A stretch of DNA of 48,488 bases from a virus (taxonomy: Duplodnaviria; Caudoviricetes): the IMG/VR virus record IMGVR_UViG_3300044477_000165, positions 1-48,488 of that record. One strand, written 5' to 3'. Below are positions 8,415 to 17,828 of the stretch, in pieces. Position 1 is the stretch's first letter. Each line of letters opens with the position of its first letter. Under the pieces are notes generated by a model that saw nothing but the letters and a program-made list of their open reading frames with translations, did not search any database and was not told where the DNA came from. Both the position numbers and the translations under genes were made by a program.

Positions 8415-8644
8415 CGCCCCCAGCCGCCCGCTTGCTACGTGCAGGCGACCCCGACACCCTCACCCTGCTCCGCGACACCCTCGCGAGCGGGGCAACACTC
8501 GGCGAGGTCGCCGCCGCATTCGGTTTCGCCGGGCGCTCGACGCTCGTCTCGATCGCGAGGTCCACGCCCGCCGTAAAAGAGATCATCACCACGCACGGCC
8601 GCAAGCGCGGCCGTCCCGCTCGAAAGGTCCCAACCCATGAGTAG
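8411..8644 (+). CDS. Small HTH-like DNA-binding protein
   Basis: GATLGEVAAAFGFAGRSTL, with a basic GRKRGRP (AT-hook-like) tail. GGAG RBS. Confidence 0.6.
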   Translation: MTPPAARLLRAGDPDTLTLLRDTLASGATLGEVAAAFGFAGRSTLVSIARSTPAVKEIITTHGRKRGRPARKVPTHE

Positions 8645-9203
8645 CCCCCTCGTGCCGCCCCTCGACGAGGCTCCTGTCTCGGGGTGGATTCGTCGCCACA
8701 TGCTCGTCGAAGCAGGCGTAGAACGCGTCACCTACGACGACGCGTGCGAGTCCGCGCGGCGCCTCGCCGGAGAGGACTTCCAGGCTTTCGCCATTCAAGA
8801 TCGGCCCTACCTCGCGCTCATGTATCGCGATCGCGTGTCGGAGTTCTGGGACGCGCGTCAGGCTCGACTGAGGATGGGTTTCTTTCGCTACAACACGTGT
8901 GGGCGAAGTTTTGCGCCCGTGACCGATATGATCGTCAATCGGCTGCAGCTGTGGAGCGCGACGGGCAATCTTGAGATGTTGGTCGACGTCGCCAACCTGT
9001 GCGTGATCGAGTCCGCGTTCCCTTCGTTCGAGGGCACGTACGAAGCGCGGTATCACATGCAATGTGCCGACCCCGGGGACTACGTGCACAGCTACGAGTG
9101 GTCGCGAAAGCGCGGGTATCTGCGCTTGCTCTACTCATGGGTGCTCAACGCTTTCTGCGCCCGCACGCACCCGTTTGTTCACTTCAAGGCGGTCGACCGA
9201 TGA
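8637..9203 (+). CDS. Conserved phage protein, possible MazG-like all-alpha NTP pyrophosphohydrolase
   Basis: RLRMGFFRY...TGNLEMLVDVANLCVIE. The E-x-x-x-D-x-A-N pattern resembles MazG-like folds (inference). Confidence 0.55.
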   Translation: MSSPLVPPLDEAPVSGWIRRHMLVEAGVERVTYDDACESARRLAGEDFQAFAIQDRPYLALMYRDRVSEFWDARQARLRMGFFRYNTCGRSFAPVTDMIVNRLQLWSATGNLEMLVDVANLCVIESAFPSFEGTYEARYHMQCADPGDYVHSYEWSRKRGYLRLLYSWVLNAFCARTHPFVHFKAVDR

Positions 9204-10318
9204 ACTGCAAAAAGCACCCCGATCGCCCCGCTCACGCACGCGGTATGTGCGATTCCTGCTATCGCGGCATGCGACGACGCAACGCACGGAAGGCGGAGGC
9301 GCCTCCGGACCCCGTTGCTACGCGTCGTGCGCAGCTCGCGGGCAAGCGTGAGCGCAAGCTCTTGGACGCCCAGGTTTCGCGGCTTGCGTCGCTCGAAGAT
9401 ACGTTCGCCGCGCTCTCGGCGATGCGCGCCGCGCCGCTCGCGCCCATCGTTGCAGCCGCGGCTGAAGACCCAACGCGCCGCCGTGGCGCCGCCGTGGCGA
9501 TGCTTTCCGACCTGCACTATGGCGAGGTAGTGAAGCCCTCCAAGAGTACTTTTGGGAACGCGTACAACACCGCAATCTCGGCATTTCGGCTCGACCGGTT
9601 CTTCGCGGGGGTCGAGTGGCTGATCCGCTGTAATCGTACGTGGGCGGATATTGACGACCTCGTGCTCTGGTTCGGCGGCGATCTCATCACGGGGCACATA
9701 CACGAGGACCTCGCGGAGACAGCGCTCAATCCGATCGCAAGCGTCATTGCGCTACAGCCGCTCCTCGTCGCAGGCGTGCGGCGCCTCGCGGCACTCGGGC
9801 TGCGGATCACACTCGTTTGCTCGTACGGAAATCATGGGCGCACCACGGTGAAAAAGCGCGTCGAGACCGGCGCCGAACACAGCTATGAGTGGCTGATGTA
9901 CAACTACTTGGCGGACGTCCTCGCTCGTGAAGACGTGCGCGTGGTTGCCGATCCAACACCTCACCAGTACGTCGAGGTCTTCGGCAAGACGCTGCACTTT
10001 TCGCACGGCGACGACTGCCGCTATCTCGGGGGCGTCGGCGGTATCACGATCCCACTGAACAAGGCCACCGACGCGTGGAACAAAGTCGCGCCCGCGCACT
10101 ACTCGCACTACGGGCACTTCCACCAGTTGTTTGACGGCGGCTCGTGGCTGGTGAATGGCAGCGTCATCGGCTACAACGCGTTCGCCATGAGCATCAAGGC
10201 ATCGCCCGAGCCACCGCAGCAGTGGTTTTATGTCTTGGATTCGAAGCGCGGACGCACCGCGCGGTCTCCGATCTGGGTTGGCGATGAGAGCGCAGAGAAA
10301 GGCTTGGTGACACTGTGA
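9200..10318 (+). CDS. Calcineurin-like metallophosphoesterase with N-terminal Zn finger
   Basis: SDLHYG, GGDLITG, GNHG, HGD and GHFH motifs. N-terminal CKKH...CDSC. Confidence 0.85.
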   Translation: MNCKKHPDRPAHARGMCDSCYRGMRRRNARKAEAPPDPVATRRAQLAGKRERKLLDAQVSRLASLEDTFAALSAMRAAPLAPIVAAAAEDPTRRRGAAVAMLSDLHYGEVVKPSKSTFGNAYNTAISAFRLDRFFAGVEWLIRCNRTWADIDDLVLWFGGDLITGHIHEDLAETALNPIASVIALQPLLVAGVRRLAALGLRITLVCSYGNHGRTTVKKRVETGAEHSYEWLMYNYLADVLAREDVRVVADPTPHQYVEVFGKTLHFSHGDDCRYLGGVGGITIPLNKATDAWNKVAPAHYSHYGHFHQLFDGGSWLVNGSVIGYNAFAMSIKASPEPPQQWFYVLDSKRGRTARSPIWVGDESAEKGLVTL

Positions 10319-10677
10319 CTGTGGAGGCTCTTGCTTTGCGATTTCGCCTCGAAGATGCGGTTCTCGAGTGGTTTGACCACGTTCCGCCGGTTCACGTATG
10401 TTGGGCGAGTCCCGCGGAACTTGATCGTGATGGCGGTAAAGTGTGGGCCGCGGTCGAGAAACGCGAGGGCGTGCATTTCATAGCAGTGCGCGAAACGCTC
10501 CGTTTTAGCGCCCCTAGCTTCGTGCTTGACTACCTGCTAGCGCACGAAGTGCTTCACGTCGTGCTTCCGCCGCGCGGGCGGTGTTGGCATCACCGCGCGT
10601 TTCGCATCGCCGAACGTCTGCTTCCGAACTACCACCGCGCGAACAAGTGGCTGGAACGCCACGGATCGAAGTACTAA
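10315..10677 (+). CDS. Minimal HExxH zinc metalloprotease (YgjP/SprT-like)
   Basis: LDYLLAHEVLH...HHRAF. Confidence 0.75.
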   Translation: MTVEALALRFRLEDAVLEWFDHVPPVHVCWASPAELDRDGGKVWAAVEKREGVHFIAVRETLRFSAPSFVLDYLLAHEVLHVVLPPRGRCWHHRAFRIAERLLPNYHRANKWLERHGSKY

Positions 10678-12023
10678 TGCCCCGCATCTATCACTCTGCT
10701 AGCTCCGTGCTGACTGCGCGCAACGGCGACGAGGGCTGCGACTACGCATGGGCTCTGCGATATGTCGCAGGCATTCGCGATCCTGAAGTCGACTGGGCGG
10801 ATATCGAATCCGGGCGCGTGCAGGTCCTCCCGCGTGACGTGCCCGTTCCTCCGGGCTCGCGGGTGTTCTGCACGCCTCGGCAGCGCTCGACGTCGCTCGG
10901 CAAAGCCACGCACCGCATCGGCGAGCTGTGGTACCTCGGTGAGCGCCCCGATTGGGAATCCTTCCCGGGGCAAGTGTTTGCTTCGGGGCGTGCGCATTTA
11001 CCGGCGCCAAGCGAGTGCGCACTCATCGAAGTCGAGCACGCGATCGGTGATATCCCGACGGGGATCGACGAACCGAGTGCGTGCCAGTTCATGTGCGAGG
11101 TCGATGGCGTGCACTACGCTGGAAACCGCGACTTGCTCGTGGATATCTCCGCTGCAGCTGCGGATCGTCTCGGTCTACGATCGGGAATTGTGCAGGCCGA
11201 TTACAAGACCTCTTCGTCGCTTTCGCGCTACCAAAAAAGCACTACCGATTTGCTTGACGATCTGCAGTGCGCGTTGTACACAATCGATGCGTGCAAGCGG
11301 TTCGACCTCAACGAGATTCAATCCCGTTGGGTCTACCTCGAGACGAAAGCCGTTCGGCGCTCACGACCGACTGATGTCGTGATGACGCTTGATCGCGCGC
11401 TCGAGATCATTGCGCGCTATACCCCCACAGTTCACCGCGTCGACCAAATCACGACGCTCGAAGAGGCAGAAAAGAATCCACGAAACTGCGACCGCTACGG
11501 CGGTTGCCCTCACCATGTCTCACTCGGCGGCCCATGCAATGCACGCCGTTCGATCGGGACCTCGCTCGTACAGATAGGAAAAAAGATCATGTCAGGACTC
11601 ACACCAGAACAACGCGCAAAGTTCGACCGATTCAAGAAGGGTGGCATCGCTGCCGTCGCTGCCGTCGCCGAAGCGGCATTGCCCGAGGACGCGCCGCCGG
11701 AGCCAAAGGCCGCGCCAGCCGCGCCGAAGCGCACGCGCAAGCCCAAGGCGGCGCCGGAACCGTCGTCGGAGTTCGTGAAAGGCACCGACGCCCCCGAGAT
11801 CCGCGTCGCTGTGGATGACAACGGCGAAGTTGTTTATGAGGAGGTCGTCTATGACGACGAGCAGGGCGAAGACACCCAAGCTCCCGCTGCGGAAGACGCC
11901 GCGCCCACGTTCCAGGCGTCCCCCGGCGCCGTGCAATACGTCTTGCAGTTGAGCGCCGACCTCGCGAAGGCACAAGCCGCGGTCGACGAGATTGTCGTTA
12001 GGCTCCGAGACGCCCTTTCCTGA
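10677..12023 (+). CDS. PD-(D/E)xK Cas4/RecB-like exonuclease with low-complexity C-terminal extension
   Basis: LGKATH, RD...DYKT and Q-x-x-x-Y motifs. One N-terminal and three C-terminal Cys fit an Fe-S pattern. Ala/Pro/Glu-rich tail. Confidence 0.85.
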   Translation: MPRIYHSASSVLTARNGDEGCDYAWALRYVAGIRDPEVDWADIESGRVQVLPRDVPVPPGSRVFCTPRQRSTSLGKATHRIGELWYLGERPDWESFPGQVFASGRAHLPAPSECALIEVEHAIGDIPTGIDEPSACQFMCEVDGVHYAGNRDLLVDISAAAADRLGLRSGIVQADYKTSSSLSRYQKSTTDLLDDLQCALYTIDACKRFDLNEIQSRWVYLETKAVRRSRPTDVVMTLDRALEIIARYTPTVHRVDQITTLEEAEKNPRNCDRYGGCPHHVSLGGPCNARRSIGTSLVQIGKKIMSGLTPEQRAKFDRFKKGGIAAVAAVAEAALPEDAPPEPKAAPAAPKRTRKPKAAPEPSSEFVKGTDAPEIRVAVDDNGEVVYEEVVYDDEQGEDTQAPAAEDAAPTFQASPGAVQYVLQLSADLAKAQAAVDEIVVRLRDALS

Positions 12024-12031
12024 GAACCGGC

Positions 12032-13735
12032 ATGGCCCGCGTAATCACGATCCCCCACAGCCCAGATTTTGACCGCATCGCGGGACTTCCGCGACGGCGA
12101 ATCACCGACGAGGACGCGGCTGCGTGGGCCCATGTTTTCACGGAGGAGCTCCGTCGTCCGGGCTCGATCGCGACGCTCCGCCCGGGGCAGGGTATCTCGA
12201 TTGCCGAGGCCGTCGACAACCTGCAGTACGCGGGTGTCGGCGCTTGGCTCGGGCTCCCTGTCGGCGTCGGTAAGACGATAATCAGTGCGCTCCTCCCCGC
12301 CGTCGCAGGCGCTGAGCGCGCGCTGATCATCCAACCCGCGACGCTCGTGGAGAAGACGTGGAGGGCGTTCGCGAAGCTCGCGCGAGACTGGAAGCTCTCA
12401 CCGCACCCCGTCACGATCAAGTCATGGCACTGGCTCACTACGGACGCGGCGCAGGACTTCCTCAACCAGCTCCGCCCCGATGCGATCATCGTCGACGAAA
12501 GCGACGAGCTTTCGCGCCCGTCGAATGCTGCGACCGCGCGGATCGATCGCTACGTCCGCCAGCATGAAACCGTGCGTGTGTACGCAATGACGGGCACGCC
12601 CGGGCGCAGTTCGATTCTCGACTACTGGCACATCATGTGCTGGTGTCTACGTGACCGCGCCCCGCTGCCCATGAGGCAGGCAGACGCGAAGATGCTAGCG
12701 GCCGCGATCGATTACAAGACGAGGGAGCCCTCGAATCGCCCGCGCCCGGGGCCGTGGGGCACCACGATCGCGCAAGCGCGCGAGTGGTACAACGCGCGTT
12801 TACTCGAGACGCCCGGCGTCGTGCTTCTAGACGGTGATTCCTGTGATCAGCCTCTGACGCTCAAGTGGCGCGTAGCGCGCGACGACAAGTGTGCCGATGG
12901 TGTGTTCGAGGATTTCCTGAAGGACTTCGAGACTCCCGGTGGTGAGGTCGTGACGGATCCGCTTTCGCGCTGGCGCCTCGACGGCCACCTCGGGTTGGGT
13001 CTGTACTCGCGTTACGTCACACCGCCGCCGGTCGAGTTCGTGCAGGCGCGCCGGAACTTGGGCGCCTTCGTCCGCGACCGCATCGCGCGCTCAGCGCGGT
13101 CTGATAAGCCTCTCGACACCGAAGGCCAGGTGCTGCGTCGATTTGCAGACCACCCCATCGTCGTCGAGTGGATGCGCGTACGCGATACGCCACTCGAAAC
13201 CGAAACGATTTGGTATACGGATGGGGCGCTCTTGAGCGCGCTAGAATGGCTTCGTGAATCGAGCGAGCCCGGGGTCGTGTGGTGCGGAAGCGTGGATTTC
13301 GGCAAGGCGCTCGCCAAGGCCGCGAAGCTCGAATACTACGGCCCAAAAGGCTTGTCGCTCACAGGCGTCAACATCCTCGACGCACCCGAGGATAGGAGCT
13401 TCATAGCATCGTGGTTCGCGAACAAGAAGGGCTTGGATCTGCAGGCATGGCGGCGCAACCTTGTGGCGATGCCCCCGCAGAGTGCGAAGTGGCTCGAGCA
13501 GCTTTTCGGGCGCGCACACAGACAGGGACAAGATAGGCCCGTCGTGTTCGAGATCCTCATCACCTCCGGCGGCACGATCGACGCGTTCGAGGCTGCGATC
13601 GGCGAGGCGTCATTCGGTAAGGAAACATTTGGACTGACTCAAAAGATCCTCCGCGCTGAGATCCAGCGCAACTACCCCAAGATCACCGCATCGAACAAGT
13701 ATCGATGGGCGACACGTACGAAGAAAGACGAGTAG
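12032..13735 (+). CDS. SF2 (SNF2-like) helicase/ATPase
   Basis: VGVGKT, IVDESD, MTGTP, GLDLQ, QLFGRAHRQGQ. Confidence 0.85.
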   Translation: MARVITIPHSPDFDRIAGLPRRRITDEDAAAWAHVFTEELRRPGSIATLRPGQGISIAEAVDNLQYAGVGAWLGLPVGVGKTIISALLPAVAGAERALIIQPATLVEKTWRAFAKLARDWKLSPHPVTIKSWHWLTTDAAQDFLNQLRPDAIIVDESDELSRPSNAATARIDRYVRQHETVRVYAMTGTPGRSSILDYWHIMCWCLRDRAPLPMRQADAKMLAAAIDYKTREPSNRPRPGPWGTTIAQAREWYNARLLETPGVVLLDGDSCDQPLTLKWRVARDDKCADGVFEDFLKDFETPGGEVVTDPLSRWRLDGHLGLGLYSRYVTPPPVEFVQARRNLGAFVRDRIARSARSDKPLDTEGQVLRRFADHPIVVEWMRVRDTPLETETIWYTDGALLSALEWLRESSEPGVVWCGSVDFGKALAKAAKLEYYGPKGLSLTGVNILDAPEDRSFIASWFANKKGLDLQAWRRNLVAMPPQSAKWLEQLFGRAHRQGQDRPVVFEILITSGGTIDAFEAAIGEASFGKETFGLTQKILRAEIQRNYPKITASNKYRWATRTKKDE

Positions 13736-13741
13736 AACAAC

Positions 13742-14311
13742 ATGGCAAACATCAGCAGTTTCAAGCGACCCGCAGTCACCGCAAAGCCCGCCGCCAAGGC
13801 CGCGCCAAGGCGCGCTCGCTACGGAGGCATTCAGGCATCGGCGCCGCGTGACCCGATGCCAACCGAAGGCGTATACGATTTCATCGTCGAGGACTTCGCC
13901 GAGGGTGAACTCGTGCAGGGCAAGGATACTCAGAGTGTCCGTCTGACGATGACCGTCGCATCCTCCGATGGTGAGAATGCACTCCCCGTCGATTCACGCG
14001 CGTTCGTTCCGTTCCGCGTCGCGGGCGCGGGCGCAACCGCGGGGAAGAGCCGTATGAAGGCGTTTATCGTGGCCGCCGCGGGCTACGATAGCGACGACGC
14101 ATACAGCTCGTGGGACACCGACGGATTCGGCATCGACGCAATGCTCGGCTACGACGCGCCCGAGCCCTTCGCGGGCAAGACGCTCGTCGGTAGGCACGTG
14201 ATCTGCGAGGTCACGCGCGGCAAGGCGATCATCGACAAGGACACGGGCAAGCCCACGGGTGAGTACTACATGAATTACACCTGGGCTCCCGCGGAAGATC
14301 CGATCGCGTAA
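13742..14311 (+). CDS. Probable ssDNA-binding protein (DUF669-like)
   Basis: Located between helicase and polymerase. PTEGVYDFIV...LVGRHVICEV beta-rich pattern. Confidence 0.5.
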   Translation: MANISSFKRPAVTAKPAAKAAPRRARYGGIQASAPRDPMPTEGVYDFIVEDFAEGELVQGKDTQSVRLTMTVASSDGENALPVDSRAFVPFRVAGAGATAGKSRMKAFIVAAAGYDSDDAYSSWDTDGFGIDAMLGYDAPEPFAGKTLVGRHVICEVTRGKAIIDKDTGKPTGEYYMNYTWAPAEDPIA

Positions 14312-14350
14312 CGCGTCACGCACTCGACTCGCCCGAACACAGGTCACGCT

Positions 14351-16261
14351 GTGGCGGGCTTTTCGGGTGTGCAGACCTATTGTCTCGACTTCGAGGCCCG
14401 CTCTCGTGCAGATCTCAAGGCCGTCGGCGGTCGACGCTACTGGGAGGACCCCTCCACGGAGGCCATTTGCTGCGCGTGGTGGTGCGTCGAGACGGGCGAA
14501 GTCGGCGTTTGGCTACCGGGGCAGCCCTGTCCGTTCCCTGAGGGCTCACGGCTAGCTGCGCACAACTGGCACGGATTCGATCGCTTCGGCTGCATCCGGC
14601 TCGGGTGGATCGATCAGTTCTTCGCGAATGCCGTGGACACCTCGCAGCTCGCACGCAAAGCGGGGCTCCCCGGCGCCCTCGACGCGATCGGGCAGCTCTA
14701 CGGTGTCCCCAAGGACAAGGAAGCATCTCGCTTTACCAAGAGCCTGTCGAGCGTCAAGCGCCCCAAGAATATCTCCGCCGACGTGTGGCGCACGTACACG
14801 CCCGAGGAAAAGCGTCGGCGCGGGACGCTGCCGCCCATCACATCCGAGGTGCTCGACCGCGTGATTCCGTATTGCGTGCTCGACGTGCAGATCATGGCGA
14901 TGGCGTGGCATGACCTCGCGGAGTGGATCGAGATCGATGCAGACGTCGAACGCGTCGACGCGATCGTGAATGACCGTGGCGTGTACTTCGATCGTGAGCT
15001 TGCAACGGCTTTGCTGTTTTGGGACGCTGAGCATGCCGCAAGGATCATCGCCGAAAGCGCGAAAGAGCTCGGCTGGACCCCCGAGCAAGTGCGCGCCGCC
15101 GCGCGGAGCAACCAACAGTTTACCGAGCTGACGGGGCTCGAGAACGCCCGCAAGTCGATATGCCGCGGCGTAGATCACCCACTCGTGCGCGCCCGTGCAG
15201 CGCTCGCTACCATCACCACCGGGAAGCTCTTGGCGGGCCTTGCTCGCGCGAGCGACGACGGACGCCTACGCGACTCGCAACGGTACTACGGCGCGCACAC
15301 CGGGAGGTGGGCAGGGCGCGGCATGCAACTGCAGAACCTGACGCGCCCACACGGTCGCTACGAAGAGTGGACCGACGAGCAAATCGATGAGCTCGCGCAA
15401 AAAGTGACGAACGGCGAGCACGAGCCCACGCCTGACGAAATCGTGCTTTTGCTGCGCGCCACGATCTGCGCAGCGCCGGGGCACACGCTCGCGGTGTGCG
15501 ACTTCTCGGGTGTCGAGGCGCGTGCGCTTGCGTGGGCCGCAGGCGACTACCGCGCCCTCGAGACGTTCCGAAGCGGCAAGGATCCTTACAAGGTTGCGGC
15601 TTCGATCATCTTCGGCGTGGCCTACGATCAAGTGACGAAGGTGCAACGTCACGTCGGCAAAATCGCGGAGCTTGCGTGCGGGTACGGGCAAGGCGGGCGC
15701 AAGTTCGCCGAGACTGCGGCGTTGATGGGCGCGGACTTGGCCGCGGCCGGCGTGAATTCATTCGAGGTCGTCAAGTCGTGGCGTAGGTTGCACGCGCCGA
15801 TCGTGCGGTTTTGGCGTGATGTTGAGGACGCGTTTGTCAAGGCGATCGCGGGCGAGGCAAGCACGGTTGCGTGTTTCGAGTTCGTGCCGAACGGCCGCGA
15901 CGTTGCCGTGTTTTTGCCGACGGGGCGTCCGATCGTCTACCGCGGCGCGCGGCTCGGGAGCGACGGCGGAATCGTGTGCGACGGCGCGCACGGCCCAGAA
16001 CACACGTACGGCGGGAAGCTCGTCGAAAACCTCATACAGGCGCTCTGCCGCGACTTGATGGCCTTGTGCCTGGTCGAGGCAGAAAGCCAAGGGCTTCGCC
16101 CGGTTATGACCGTACACGACGAAATCGTCGTCGAGGTCCCCCGAAGTGCTGGACAGGCGGGTTATGACGCGCTACACAGAATCATGACGACGGTCCCAAC
16201 GTGGGCCGAGGGATTCCCTCTCGGCGCGGCGGGATTTGTAGGTGTGAGGTACAGAAAATGA
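14351..16261 (+). CDS. Family A DNA polymerase with 3'-5' exonuclease
   Basis: LDFE (ExoI), AHN..FD (ExoII), YCVLD (ExoIII), HTGRWAG, DFSGVEAR (motif A), GKIAELACGYG (motif B), VHDE (motif C). Confidence 0.95.
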   Translation: MAGFSGVQTYCLDFEARSRADLKAVGGRRYWEDPSTEAICCAWWCVETGEVGVWLPGQPCPFPEGSRLAAHNWHGFDRFGCIRLGWIDQFFANAVDTSQLARKAGLPGALDAIGQLYGVPKDKEASRFTKSLSSVKRPKNISADVWRTYTPEEKRRRGTLPPITSEVLDRVIPYCVLDVQIMAMAWHDLAEWIEIDADVERVDAIVNDRGVYFDRELATALLFWDAEHAARIIAESAKELGWTPEQVRAAARSNQQFTELTGLENARKSICRGVDHPLVRARAALATITTGKLLAGLARASDDGRLRDSQRYYGAHTGRWAGRGMQLQNLTRPHGRYEEWTDEQIDELAQKVTNGEHEPTPDEIVLLLRATICAAPGHTLAVCDFSGVEARALAWAAGDYRALETFRSGKDPYKVAASIIFGVAYDQVTKVQRHVGKIAELACGYGQGGRKFAETAALMGADLAAAGVNSFEVVKSWRRLHAPIVRFWRDVEDAFVKAIAGEASTVACFEFVPNGRDVAVFLPTGRPIVYRGARLGSDGGIVCDGAHGPEHTYGGKLVENLIQALCRDLMALCLVEAESQGLRPVMTVHDEIVVEVPRSAGQAGYDALHRIMTTVPTWAEGFPLGAAGFVGVRYRK

Positions 16262-17253
16262 GAGACTTCGATTACGGTCTCGGTCGCTCGCGCCCGTGGC
16301 GGCCGATTTACATCGGCACGCCAAACCCCGCAGGCGAGTCAACGCTAATGCGGGAGCTTCGCGAGTCGATTAGCCGTGCACTGCTGGGCGCCGAATTACG
16401 CGCGCCAAAAGGAGATCAAGCTATGAATCAAGAGAAGAATCTGGTCGAAAAAGCCTGTGACCAATACAACGCAACGCACGGTAATTCTCGCGCGACCACG
16501 TGCGCGGACGGCAGCGTGCAGATCTGCCGGCGTGAATACGTCAAGCCGTTGGTGCTGGCGCAACGCGCCGCGGATGGCGATTGGTTGTTCTCGCGCGACA
16601 TCACAGCGTTCCTCGCTGCGAACGAGTGGGACGCGTGCCTGGAGGAGGTCAAGGCGCCTCCGTGGCGCCCGTGCACGAAAGAATTCGCGATCGAGAACTC
16701 GGAGTCGTCCGAGTGCCGTTGGCGCGATCGCGCTGGCGGGGATTGGGGCTTCTGGCACGCAACTATGCTTTGCTTCTGCGACGACCCCAAGTGCGTCTAC
16801 GAGTACCGCACGTCCGCGCCCGAGCCCAAACCCGAGTGGCGCACGTGCACGAAAGAATTCGCCCTCGCGCACCCCGAGCAGAGCCAGGCGCGGTACCTTT
16901 CGACGTGCAGCGGGCCCGACGAATGGCGCGAACCCGGCGTCTACGACTACTTGCATCCCGCCGAGCGCTACGAATTCCGCACCACCCTCCCGAAGCCGCG
17001 CCTCGAAGATCAGCCCCTCCCTGCGGGTTGGCACTGGGAGCAAAGCCGGGGGAAGTTGTATGCAGTGCGAAACAACGGGCAGGGATCGCTTTCGACGGAC
17101 CCCGCAAGCCTCCAGAGCTATCGCGCGATCGCCGAGGCAGAAGTAAAGCGCCTCGCGGCCGAACTCGCTGCAAAGCAAGACCATCTCAAAGACAAGCGCG
17201 AGTATCTCGCCGCCGCCGACGCCATCCTCAAAGCCCTCGAGGTCTGCCAGTGA
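16258..17253 (+). CDS. Hypothetical protein with tandem ~58-aa repeats and coiled-coil tail
   Basis: WRPCTKEFA...YEYRT and WRTCTKEFA...YEFRT. Alternative start ATG 16423 has a GGAG RBS. Confidence 0.75.
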   Translation: MRDFDYGLGRSRPWRPIYIGTPNPAGESTLMRELRESISRALLGAELRAPKGDQAMNQEKNLVEKACDQYNATHGNSRATTCADGSVQICRREYVKPLVLAQRAADGDWLFSRDITAFLAANEWDACLEEVKAPPWRPCTKEFAIENSESSECRWRDRAGGDWGFWHATMLCFCDDPKCVYEYRTSAPEPKPEWRTCTKEFALAHPEQSQARYLSTCSGPDEWREPGVYDYLHPAERYEFRTTLPKPRLEDQPLPAGWHWEQSRGKLYAVRNNGQGSLSTDPASLQSYRAIAEAEVKRLAAELAAKQDHLKDKREYLAAADAILKALEVCQ

Positions 17254-17828
17254 CCGCCTCCGTCGTCCCCCACCGCTTCGTTTGGCTCGACGTCGAGACG
17301 ACGGGGCTTGACGAGAACGACCCCGAGGCGCGGTTGCTTGAACTCGGGCTCGTGTTTGCCGCGGACGCGCCCGGTGATGACCTCTCCGTCGTCGACGAGT
17401 ACCGGTTCGTCTTTCATTGCCCCAAGCCCCCGCCGACCACTAAGTCCGTCGTCGTGGGAATGCACACGCGTAACGGGCTCTGGGCGGAATGCGCCGCGTC
17501 GGATCTCACGTACGACGACGCGGACGCGATCATCCCCGAGATCTTGGCCTCGACGGGTCCCCACGGCAACGTTGTGCGCGGGTCCCTCGTTGCCGCGGGC
17601 AACTCGGTGCATTTCGATCTGCGCTGGCTCCGGCGATTCTTGCCGAAGACCGCAGATCTGTTTTCGCATCGGGTGTGTGACGTGAGCTCGACGACGATGC
17701 TGCAGCTGGCAGCATGGTGCCCGGGGTACCGCAAGCCGCCGAAGGGCGAGGCGCATCGCGCCCTCGACGACGTGCGCGAATCACTGCGAATCATGAAGTA
17801 CTGCCGGGAGTTCCTCAAGTGCTCATAG
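17250..17828 (+). CDS. Oligoribonuclease-like DEDDh 3'-5' exonuclease
   Basis: VWLDVETTGLD, MHTRNGL, GNSVHFD, HRALDDVRES. GTGA overlap. Confidence 0.9.
   Translation: MTASVVPHRFVWLDVETTGLDENDPEARLLELGLVFAADAPGDDLSVVDEYRFVFHCPKPPPTTKSVVVGMHTRNGLWAECAASDLTYDDADAIIPEILASTGPHGNVVRGSLVAAGNSVHFDLRWLRRFLPKTADLFSHRVCDVSSTTMLQLAAWCPGYRKPPKGEAHRALDDVRESLRIMKYCREFLKCS

Noticed and set aside
16581-17249. Long N-terminal extension of the oligoribonuclease in the ORF track (similarly 8999, 10581, 17714, 19506, 21839, 38507)
   Set aside because: These extensions overlap real upstream genes. Coupled start codons at the upstream stops give better starts.
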